Origin: Promethearchaeota archaeon
GTDB lineage: Archaea > Asgardarchaeota > Lokiarchaeia > Sigyniarchaeales > SOKP01
Length of the DNA stretch: 64,000 nt
NCBI GenBank assembly: GCA_019057865.1
Contig: JAHLWP010000012.1
Location: 1 to 64,000, forward strand
Direction: 5' to 3'
Position numbers and translations under genes: made by a program. Under the pieces are notes generated by a model. The model saw only the letters and a program-made list of their open reading frames with translations. It was not told where the DNA came from and made no database searches. Positions 41,102 through 49,709 of the stretch are shown one piece after another. The stretch's first letter is position 1, and every line of letters starts with the position of its first letter.

Positions 41102-43039
41102 ATGAGTAAAGCTAAAGGAAAACCTTTACCAGATGATGTTAAAGGATATTCACAAGTTAGACTCGATGTCGATCTAACAACTGGGAAAATTGAAAAAACT
41201 GAATTATCAGGAGAATTCTGTCGCGATTGGATTGGTGGATATGGCTTCGGTGCTCGCATTTTGTGGGAAGAGCTGAAACCTGGCATAGATCCACTCGGTC
41301 CGGAGAATGTTTTTGTTTATGCTCAGGGACCATTCCCAACCACCATTCTGCCAACTAGCTCAAAGTATGGCGTTTTTGCCAAATCACCTTTAACGGGAAT
41401 GTTTGGAATGGCAATATCTTCGGGAAGTGTAGGAGCTCAAGCTCGTCGTGCTGGAATTAATGTAATTGTCTTTAAAGGAAAAGCTCCTGAACTCTCTTAC
41501 TTTGTTATTGACGATGATGATGATTATTTAGTTCCATGCGAAAAAACTTTAAAGGGAAAAGGAACCTTTGAAACTGAAGATCTTTTAAGAGAGGAATTTC
41601 AGGACCAACGATTAGCAGTAATGAGTATAGGACCTGCTGGTGAACGTATGAGTAGAATGGGATGTATTACTAATGATCGAAACAGACAAGCGGGAAGAAC
41701 AGGAATGGGCGCTGTTATGGGATCCAAAAACCTTAAAGCAGTTTGTTTTAGGGGCACTAAAGGTATAAAAGTTGCACATCCAGTTGAATTTTATAAAATA
41801 GCCAAGAAACTCATAAAGGTAGCTAATGGACCTGCGACTGCTAAATATCGAGATCTTGGAACACCTGCAGGACTTACAAGCTATAACAAACTTGGGATGA
41901 TGCCTACTTTTAACCATCGCGAAGGTACCTGGGATAAGATTACTAATGGTTCCTTCACTGGTGATACACTTAATGAGGATTGGGTTGTAAAGAAAGTTGC
42001 TTGCTCACAATGCTCCATTGCTTGCGATCATCTAGCAAGAGTCCCCAAAAATCATCCTGACTGGCCAAATCTTATCGCAAGTGTTGATATTGAACTTTTG
42101 TATGGATTTGGAACTGGATGTGGTAATGCTGATTGGCCAACTGTCTTCAAGTGTATTAGTTTGTGTGATGATTTAGGAATTGATGCTATTAGTGGAGGAG
42201 TAACTGCTGCTATGGCTTGCGATCTTTATACAGACGGCTTAATAACTAAAGAGGATTTAGGATTCGAACTTCCATTTGGTTCAACAACGAATTTAGTAAA
42301 ATTTACAGAAGAAATGATCCTTGGAAAAGGATTTGCAGGAGAAATTTTTGGTCATGGAACCAGAGTTGCCGGTGAAAAATTAGAAGAGAAGGGAAAGAAG
42401 GGAGCTAGTACGTATGCAATGCAAATTAAAGGGTTAGAGATGCCTGCATTTGATATCCACGGAATGTCGTCCTTCGCCGTTGGGGAGAGCGTATCCATTA
42501 GAGGCGCTTGTCATTTGCGTAATGGATCTTATGGACTCGATGCTAAAGGCACTTTTGATCGTTTCAGTTATGATAAACCTCTAGAACGTGGAAAAGCAAT
42601 TAAGGCAGTTGAGGATGTATATGGCATCATCGATTCTTTCATCATTTGTAAATTTACACGCGGAATTTATGAGAATGATGCCGAAATGGCAAAAGTTTAC
42701 GAGTTAGTAACTGGTCTTCCAATGGATGAAGAATTAATGCTTGAAAGGGGAGATGCAATTGTTACTCTTTCAAAGTGTTTTAACATCAGAGAAGGTTGGA
42801 CCAGAGCAGATGATCATCCCCCAGAAAGATTCTTTAAAATGGCTCACACAAAGGGTCCTGCTAAAGGAGTGACCCTAAAAGAAGATGGATTTCAACAATT
42901 GTTATCGGGTTATTATGAAGCAAGAGGTTGGGATAAAGAAACAGGTATTCCTACTGATGAAACCTTGAAAAAATTAGGAATGGAGTTCGTTATTGGTAAT
43001 TTAAAACCAGCACAAACAAAAAAAGGAGGTAAAAAATAA
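41102..43039 (+). CDS. aor: Tungsten-dependent aldehyde:ferredoxin oxidoreductase family protein
   Basis: KSPLTG, IGPAGE, AGRTGMGAVMGSKNLKA, CSQCSIAC, DDLGIDAIS and RGACH motifs. Stop overlaps the next ATG (TAATG). Confidence 0.92.
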   Translation: MSKAKGKPLPDDVKGYSQVRLDVDLTTGKIEKTELSGEFCRDWIGGYGFGARILWEELKPGIDPLGPENVFVYAQGPFPTTILPTSSKYGVFAKSPLTGMFGMAISSGSVGAQARRAGINVIVFKGKAPELSYFVIDDDDDYLVPCEKTLKGKGTFETEDLLREEFQDQRLAVMSIGPAGERMSRMGCITNDRNRQAGRTGMGAVMGSKNLKAVCFRGTKGIKVAHPVEFYKIAKKLIKVANGPATAKYRDLGTPAGLTSYNKLGMMPTFNHREGTWDKITNGSFTGDTLNEDWVVKKVACSQCSIACDHLARVPKNHPDWPNLIASVDIELLYGFGTGCGNADWPTVFKCISLCDDLGIDAISGGVTAAMACDLYTDGLITKEDLGFELPFGSTTNLVKFTEEMILGKGFAGEIFGHGTRVAGEKLEEKGKKGASTYAMQIKGLEMPAFDIHGMSSFAVGESVSIRGACHLRNGSYGLDAKGTFDRFSYDKPLERGKAIKAVEDVYGIIDSFIICKFTRGIYENDAEMAKVYELVTGLPMDEELMLERGDAIVTLSKCFNIREGWTRADDHPPERFFKMAHTKGPAKGVTLKEDGFQQLLSGYYEARGWDKETGIPTDETLKKLGMEFVIGNLKPAQTKKGGKK

Positions 43040-43658
43040 TGTCAAAAGCTGCAACTAAAAAAAGAGGAGGAAAGATGCATCAATTCATCATCGTGGATCC
43101 AAATTTATGTACGGGATGCGAAACTTGGACCAGGTCTCCTGGAAAGCACAAAACCTGTGAATCCGTATGTAGTTTTGTACATGATGGTGAATTCAATCCA
43201 ATAAATACAAGAATTCATAGAGTTCGAATTGAACCTGTTTTTAATATCGCTTTAGCGTGTCAGAAGTGTGAAGACTCACCCTGCGTGAGAGCGTGTCCTG
43301 AGAAAGCGCTAAGTCAAGACCCAGAAACGGGTTCAATTATGGTAGATGACGATAAATGTAATGGCTGCGCCTTCTGTATGAATTAAGAGAATTTCTCTCT
43401 AATATGCGGAAAAGGGCGTGCGATTTCGGAGTTCTGAGTCTACATATTGAATCTCAGAAAGCACTTATCTGTGATCTTTGTGAAAATATGAAGGAAGATT
43501 ATATTGATGAAGAATCCGGAATTAAGGAACCCCAATGCATATTGGTTTGTCCTAAAGAGGCGATTTCTCTTAAAAATGTGGAACAGATTGGAGAAGAAAC
43601 CCGTATTGAAGCCGTTAAAAGACTTTTTTCATCAATACTAGAAGAGTATGAAGGTTAA
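43039..43658 (+). CDS. 4x[4Fe-4S] electron-transfer subunit of AOR (DmsB/AorA-like); predicted spliced CDS join(43039..43122,43153..43379,43412..43658), 185 aa
   Basis: The ORF track splits it into 115 aa and 84 aa pieces. Removing the 30-nt and 32-nt inserts gives 558 nt in frame, with 16 Cys in four groups: CTGCETCESVC, CQKCEDSPCVRAC, CNGCAFCIRAC and CDLC...CILVC. Confidence 0.85.
43123..43152 (+). other. Candidate BHB-type mRNA intron 1 (30 nt)
   Basis: Central helix UGCG(43117-20)/CACA(43147-50) with one C-A mismatch. 3-nt bulges AAA(43121-23) and AAA(43151-53). Inner stem CUU/AAG plus a CCAGG-UCU-CCUGG hairpin. Outer exon-exon stem UACGGG/CCUGUG. Excision gives TGC GAA ACC TGT. Confidence 0.72.
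43380..43411 (+). other. Candidate BHB-type mRNA intron 2 (32 nt)
   Basis: Outer stem GCGCCUU/AGGGCGU (7 bp). Central 4-bp helix CUGU(43374-77)/GCGG(43406-09). Bulges AUG(43378-80) and AAA(43410-12). Inner hairpin AUUA-AGAGA-auu-UCUCU-c-UAAU. Cutting after the 2nd bulge nt gives TGT ATA AGG GCG TGC and removes the stop and frameshift. Confidence 0.8.
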
Positions 43659-43675
43659 ATAATATTTTTATATAT

Positions 43676-43710
43676 TTATTTCTTTTTTTTATTCTATCTT
43701 TTATTTTTTT
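43676..43710 (+). terminator. Oligo-T archaeal terminator candidate after the aor operon
   Basis: Several T5-T8 runs immediately downstream of the stop at 43658. Confidence 0.4.
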
Positions 43711-43904
43711 AATAAGTATTATCATTAAAGTTTTAAATTTTATGATTTATTTGTAGGATAGATAATTGAAATTACATAATAATTGGATTTTAATAATATA
43801 GACTATTTACAATATCATAAATATTTTTTTGATTAGCAATTCTTGATATAGGTAAGTAGAAAAGAAGAAACTTATGGAGGAAAGAATTAAACAAGGTGTA
43901 TAAC

Positions 43905-45881
43905 TTGTCTGAAAAACAGACCAAGGATAATAATGAACCAGAATTGCCAATTGTTGGCGTTTTCGTGTGTCGCTGAGGAATAAACATCGCTGGTATCTTA
44001 GATGTCCCTAGAATCGTGGAAGAACTTAATAGATTAGAAGGTGTAAAAGCTTTTGAATATCTTAGTATGTGTACTGAAGGAGGATCTTCTTATATAAAGG
44101 AACAACTTGAAGAAAGTAAAATTGAGAGAATTGTTGTAGCTGCTTGTACTCCTAGAACTCATCAACCAGTTTTTCACGCTATACTCGCTGAAGCTGGTTT
44201 ACCTCCTAGATATTTGGAATTTGTTAATATAAGAGAACATTGTAGCTTCGTTCATCAAGCTCCAGAAGTACGTGAAAAAGCAATTCAGAAGGCAATTGAA
44301 CTCACAAAAGCAGGAATAGCACGTGCTAGATTATTAGAAGATGTTCCAATAAAAGTAGTACCTGTTGAACCAGTGGCTCTAGTTGTAGGAGGAGGTATTG
44401 CTGGATTATCTGCTGCTGTTGATTTAGGGGATGCTGGATTTAAAGTTTACCTCGTTGAAAAGAATACTACAATTGGAGGTAGGATGAGCCAATTAGACCG
44501 AACATTCCCAACGGACGATTGTTCAATATGAATTCTCGGTCCTAAAATGTTAGAAGCAAATCGTCATCCAAACATTGAGATTCTATCATATAGTGAAGTC
44601 ATTGAAGTTGATGGATATATTGGAAATTTCAAGGTTAAAGTTAAAAGAAAGTCACGGTTCGTAGATGAAATTAAATGTACTGGTTGTGGAGCATGTCCAG
44701 AAGTATGCCCTATTTATGTACCTAATTATTTTGATGAAAATCTTTCGGCGAGAAAATGCATTGATATCGCTTTTGCTCAAGCTGTTCCTGCAATTTTTGA
44801 TATTGCAAGAGAATCTTGTGTAGAATGTTTTGCTTGTGTTGATTCATGTGAAGAAGATGCTATTGATTTTAGTATTCAAGATAAAGAAATTGAACTTAAA
44901 GTTGGTACTATAATTGTTGCTACAGGGTGGGATCTCTATCAAGGACCAGATTATGGATATGGTACTTTCGATAATGTTGTAAATCAAATCGAGTTGGAGA
45001 GGATTCTTGCGCCTAATGGTCCTACTTATGGACATTTAAAACGACCTTCTGATGGAAAACGTCCTACTAAAGTATTATTCATCAATTGTGTTGGATCGAG
45101 AGACATAAATAAAAATGCTCACTGCAGCGTTATTTGCTGTAATTTATCTCTTAAAAACTCAAAACTCATCAAATTAGAATATCCTGATTCTCAAATAGTT
45201 TGTTGTTATATAGATATGAGATGTGCAGGAAAAGATTATGAAGAGTACTATAGACGTTCACGAGAAGCAGGAATTATCTTTCTAAAAGGATTAGTTGGTA
45301 AAATTGAAGAAGATCCATTAACTAAAAATCTAAAAGTACAGTTTGAACCTGTTGGCACAGATACAATTGTCGAGATGGAGTTTCATATGGTTGTATTATC
45401 ACCAGCATCACTCCCATCTAAAGGTACTGTGGAGATAGCGAGAGTTTTAAATATGGAAAAAAGCCCAGATGGATTCCTAAAAGAATTTCATGCTCGACTT
45501 GATCCAATCAGTACAAAGGTTCCTGGAATATATATATGCGGTTCAGCTCAAGGACAAAAAGAGATTGATAAAGCAGTCAGCCAAGCAAAGGGTGCTGCTT
45601 CTACAGCAGGTATACCAATGGGCAAAAAAGAATACGTCATGGAGTTAATTCGGGCTACACCTTTAGATGAACGTTGTGCCAAATGTTACAAATGTATAGA
45701 GTCATGTCCATATAGTGCGATTTCAGTAAATGAGAAAGGAATTCTAGTAGTGAATATTATTCTATGCAGAGGATGTGGTACTTGTGAAGCCGTTTGTCCT
45801 TCTAAAGCAATTGAATTAACATACTTTAGAGATGATCAATATATGGCATTAATTGATGAATTACTTCCTATTGCGGATTAA
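43905..45881 (+). CDS. hdrA: Heterodisulfide reductase subunit A-like flavoprotein; selenoprotein with two Sec (UGA 43974-76, 44529-31), about 658 aa
   Basis: One frame from TTG 43905 (AAGGTG upstream): VGVFVCR-U-GINIAG ... FPTDDCSI-U-ILGPKM ... Joins ORFs 44016..44531 and 44547..45881. Both TGAs sit at positions that are Cys in HdrA. Confidence 0.9.
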
Positions 45882-45894
45882 AGAGGTGGATAAT

Positions 45895-46350
45895 ATGGCA
45901 GAAAAAGAAGATATTAAAATTATAGCATTTTTATGTTGGAAATGAGGATATGGATCAGCAGATATGGCAGGAACTATTCGAGCTCAATATCCATCATCTA
46001 TTAGAACAGTTTTAGTTCCTTGTACGGGAAGAATTGGATCAGATTTAGTGATGCGTGCGTTTGGAAGAGGTGCCGATGGCGTAATGATTATTGGATGATA
46101 CCTTAAAGAATGTGATTATGAGACGGGAAACTATTTTGCATATCGTCTAGTTGAATACTTAAAAGAAGTTTTAAAAGCTATAGGGATTAATGAAAAGCGG
46201 TTATATAACGGATATTGTACTGCGGCTGAAGGTCAAAAATTTCAAATCGAAGCAACAGATTTCGACAAAATAATACGTGATCTAGGTCCAAGTCCTTTAC
46301 GTACTAAAGGCGGCGCACCAGAAAAAGCTAAAGCGAAAGCGAAAACTTAA
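45895..46350 (+). CDS. mvhD: MvhD/VhuD [2Fe-2S] subunit; selenoprotein with two Sec (UGA 45943-45, 46096-98), 151 aa; absent from ORF track
   Basis: MAEKEDIKIIAFLCWK-U-GYGSADMAG...VPCTGRI...GADGVMIIG-U-YLKECDYETGN; GAGGTG SD upstream. Confidence 0.92.
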
Positions 46351-46356
46351 AAATTA

Positions 46357-46428
46357 ATGTGTTAACTAATGATACTGAGTTAAAAAAATGAGAACTCAGT
46401 TGAAGAAATGGGTGCACCATTAACACAT
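46357..46428 (+). promoter_or_regulatory. Eukaryote-like SECIS element (3' of mvhD)
   Basis: Helix I AUGUGUUAA/UUAACACAU. Core AUGAU(46369-73)/UGAA(46401-04). Helix II ACUGAGUU/AACUCAGU. A-rich apical loop AAAAAAAUGAG. Confidence 0.88.
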
Positions 46429-46539
46429 AAAATTGTAAATATAAAATTAAAAGAAAAAAATATATATTGGAAAAATTTAAAAGAATTTTTTTAAGAAAAA
46501 TTCAGTTTAATAATTTTGAGTTGGAAATACATGGATGCA

Positions 46540-47670
46540 ATGGCAGAATATCTAATAAAAATTGAAAATTTTCCCAAGATTTTAGAAACATTGTTAAAAG
46601 AAAAAGTAGTAGATAAGATAATTGGAGCCCAAACTAGAATAGATAAAAAAACTGAAAAAGAAGATAGATTTACTGTACAACCCAAACTATATGAAAAACC
46701 TGAAGATATTAAAGGTTTCCCATTAACAAATCTAATTACTTATGGATATGCCAGAACTGACTCTGCTTCAAAATATTTACATAAATCAGTAGAAGGAGCA
46801 ATGAAAGAAAAAGTAGCGCTCATTGCTCGACCTTGCGATACAAGAGCTTTAATCGAATTAGCTAAGATAAAGCAAGTTAATTTAGAAAATCTATTTATCA
46901 TTGCTTTTGAAGATAGAGGAATGGTGATTAATGTATCACGACAAATGAGAAATTATAAAGACATCGATCCCACAAAAGTAGTGAAAGAAAAAATTGGAGA
47001 TAAAGGATTAATCCTTCAAATTGATGATGGAAAAACCAAAGAAATTGATTTAAATATCGCAGAAAATTGTACAAGGTGTACAAGAAAAATTCCTGTGGTA
47101 GCAGATTTAGGAATTAGTGATTTAGGAATTCCAATAGATTCAGATGAAATTATTTTAAAAGTGTATTCTGATAAAGGAAATGAAATATTAGAAAAGTCAA
47201 AAATAGATAAAAAACCCATTCCGGATGACGTTAAAAAGGCCCATACAGATAAGATAAAGGAAATTAAAGAGAATGCAATAACTAAAAGAGCAAAAGATTT
47301 AGAAGAATGGGATAAACTCTCTCAAACCGAAAAAATTGCCAAGCTTCAAGCATGTACAATGTGTGGAAATTGTATTAGAGGCTGTCCCGTGTGTTATTGC
47401 GTTGATTGTATACTTCAAAAGAAGCGAAAAGAAAAAATAATTAATAAAGAGACATATCAATTAACTCGTATAGCTCATGTCGCAGACCGCTGTGTTGAAT
47501 GTGGAAATTGTGATAATAATTGTCCTGTCCATTTACCATTATCTTTATACTTCCAATCGCTAAGTGAGGTGTTTAAAGAGAAATTTGGCTACGACGCAGG
47601 CATGTCTCTTGAAGATATTCCATTTAGATCAGGAAAAGCTATCTTACAAATGGAATTGGAGAAGACCTAA
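46540..47670 (+). CDS. FdhB/FrhB-like (F420-dehydrogenase beta) subunit with C-terminal 4Fe-4S dicluster
   Basis: VALIARPCDTRALIELAK, ENCTRC, CTMCGNCIRGCPVCYC and CVECGNCDNNCP motifs; start uncertain (46516/46531/46540). Confidence 0.82.
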   Translation: MAEYLIKIENFPKILETLLKEKVVDKIIGAQTRIDKKTEKEDRFTVQPKLYEKPEDIKGFPLTNLITYGYARTDSASKYLHKSVEGAMKEKVALIARPCDTRALIELAKIKQVNLENLFIIAFEDRGMVINVSRQMRNYKDIDPTKVVKEKIGDKGLILQIDDGKTKEIDLNIAENCTRCTRKIPVVADLGISDLGIPIDSDEIILKVYSDKGNEILEKSKIDKKPIPDDVKKAHTDKIKEIKENAITKRAKDLEEWDKLSQTEKIAKLQACTMCGNCIRGCPVCYCVDCILQKKRKEKIINKETYQLTRIAHVADRCVECGNCDNNCPVHLPLSLYFQSLSEVFKEKFGYDAGMSLEDIPFRSGKAILQMELEKT

Positions 47671-47805
47671 ATCTAATTTTTTCAAATTTTATTATTTTAT
47701 TATTATATAGTACAATTATTTTGATCAAATATAGTATAAGAAAGAAATTAAATACAATTATTTTTATTTTTAGTATTTTATTACTCTTTTTTGGATTAGA
47801 GTTTT

Positions 47806-49392
47806 CTATTGCCCATTAGCAATTTCTGCAGTTTTTCTTGATTTTAGAGATATTTTAACATTCTCTGTTTTCTCTTCAGGTTTTTTAGTCTTATTTTTAT
47901 TTAAGATTTCTTCTATGTTTCCCTGTGACATAATATCATTTAATTCTTCTGAAATTATTGAGCTAGTCATTCCCATATTATGAAGCATTTCTAACCCATT
48001 CATGACTACTGTTTTAAGGAATCTAGGAAGATTTTTAGCCATCCATCCAAATTTTCCAAATGGGTTCATATATCTTTTTGCTTGAAATTTAAGCCACCCT
48101 GTAAGATAGTAAGCAGAATACGCTTCAGCTACTAATCGGTACATATCCTTCGCTGTAAGCTGTTCAGTTCGCATCATTGGATGGAACAAGTCATAGTGTT
48201 TATAATTATAGCTAGTAATCATACCTTTTTCTTTCATTTCATCATAGAACGTAGTTCCTGGAAACGCAGTTATTGGCGTAAATTGAATGCAAGATAAATT
48301 AAGCGACTTTGCAAATTGGATGGTTTGTCGAACCATTGTTTTAGTTTCCCCAGGATATCCTATTATTACTCCTCCAAAAATTGAGATTCCACGATCCTGT
48401 AACATAGTAACAACTTTTCTCACCATCTCAGGAGTAGTATTTTTTTTATTCATGGCATCAAGACTTTGTTGATGAACAGATTCAATTCCAAGGAATACTT
48501 GCTTCATCCCTGCCTTATGCATAAGATCAATTAACCATTGGTTTTGATATAAAGTATCTACTCGAGATTGACAAGAGATATATATTTTATTAGGAACACC
48601 TGATTTAATCAAGGTTTCGAGAATTTTTTTCGTTCTCTTGACTTTAATTGAGAAATTATCTTCACAAAAGAAGATAAAATCATTTTTCCAATCAATGTCA
48701 TAAATTTCCTGCATTACTCGATTCACACTCTTGGTCCTATAGCTTATATGGTTATAAGGATCCTTCCACATTTTAGTGATACAACAAAACTTGCATGAAT
48801 GCGGACAACCACGTGAAGTTTCCATTTGTACTACTCTTGCTCCTAAATAAATATATTTTTTATCTTGGAGAAGATCTCTACGCGGCAATGGAAAATTATC
48901 CAAATTTGGTTCTAATCTACGATCCTTGTTATGATTTATTTTACCTTCTTCATTTTTATAAGAAACTCCATCTATATCCTTTAAGGAAATTCGTTTTCCA
49001 TTTCCATCAATAAAATCTATTAATTCTTTAAATGTATGTTCTCCTTCTCCTCGTATTGTATAATCTACAGATGGTTGTTTAGCCACATATTCGGGAACTA
49101 ATGTTGGATGATAACCTCCAAGAATCGTGGTACATCCCTGTTTTTTAGCCATTTCAGCTATTTCAATGGCGTGAGATATTTGAGGAGTCATTGATGTTAT
49201 GGCTACCACATCGCTTTTATTTAGCTCCCTAAGAAATTGATGTTCACGATATTTATGAACCTTAAAATCAAATAATTTTGCATCATGGTCAGGAACCATT
49301 GCAGCTATTGAAATTAGACTTAAAGGAGCTCCCTTAATAACAGCATCCAATCCAGATTGTAGACGCGCAGAATTAACATACAGAATTTTCAT
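47806..49392 (-). CDS. B12-binding domain radical SAM protein
   Basis: LGGYHPT, RGEGE, TSRGCPHSCKFC, GIES and TAFPGT motifs. Confidence 0.9.
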   Translation of the reverse strand: MKILYVNSARLQSGLDAVIKGAPLSLISIAAMVPDHDAKLFDFKVHKYREHQFLRELNKSDVVAITSMTPQISHAIEIAEMAKKQGCTTILGGYHPTLVPEYVAKQPSVDYTIRGEGEHTFKELIDFIDGNGKRISLKDIDGVSYKNEEGKINHNKDRRLEPNLDNFPLPRRDLLQDKKYIYLGARVVQMETSRGCPHSCKFCCITKMWKDPYNHISYRTKSVNRVMQEIYDIDWKNDFIFFCEDNFSIKVKRTKKILETLIKSGVPNKIYISCQSRVDTLYQNQWLIDLMHKAGMKQVFLGIESVHQQSLDAMNKKNTTPEMVRKVVTMLQDRGISIFGGVIIGYPGETKTMVRQTIQFAKSLNLSCIQFTPITAFPGTTFYDEMKEKGMITSYNYKHYDLFHPMMRTEQLTAKDMYRLVAEAYSAYYLTGWLKFQAKRYMNPFGKFGWMAKNLPRFLKTVVMNGLEMLHNMGMTSSIISEELNDIMSQGNIEEILNKNKTKKPEEKTENVKISLKSRKTAEIANGQ

Positions 49393-49709
49393 GATTATTT
49401 TTCATCTATTTTCTCCTCAGATTTATGCCTAATTAGAACCATCATCAAAGAATTATTTTACTAATTTTACGAAACAGTTTTATAGCATAAATTTAAGGGT
49501 TTTGATATTTATTAATATATAAATCTAAATTATTTAAAGTTATTGTTGGATCAATATAGTAAAAGAGGGCTTGAACTATCAAGATTTAATAATCTGACAA
49601 GGAGGATGAAATATAGACTTAAAAAGCAATTTAAGTGCTTTATAAAATAAAAAAATAATGAAATATTAAATTTAATCTAACAAAAAATAAATTAAAAGTA
49701 AGTAGTCAT

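Noticed and set aside
43480-43535. Possible third intron in the loop CDLC-ENMKEDYIDEESGIKEPQ-C
   Set aside because: This spacer is naturally variable in DmsB-like proteins, and I could not build a BHB or hairpin there.
43039-43658. Reading the split ferredoxin as a simple frameshifted pseudogene or as two genes
   Set aside because: Both lesions are discrete structured inserts whose BHB-predicted removal exactly restores the motifs, and the rest of the gene shows no decay. Not fully excluded without RNA data.
43874-43903. 9-codon upstream ORF (MEERIKQGV*) before hdrA
   Set aside because: Too short to support; it overlaps the probable SD (AAGGTG) of the hdrA TTG start.
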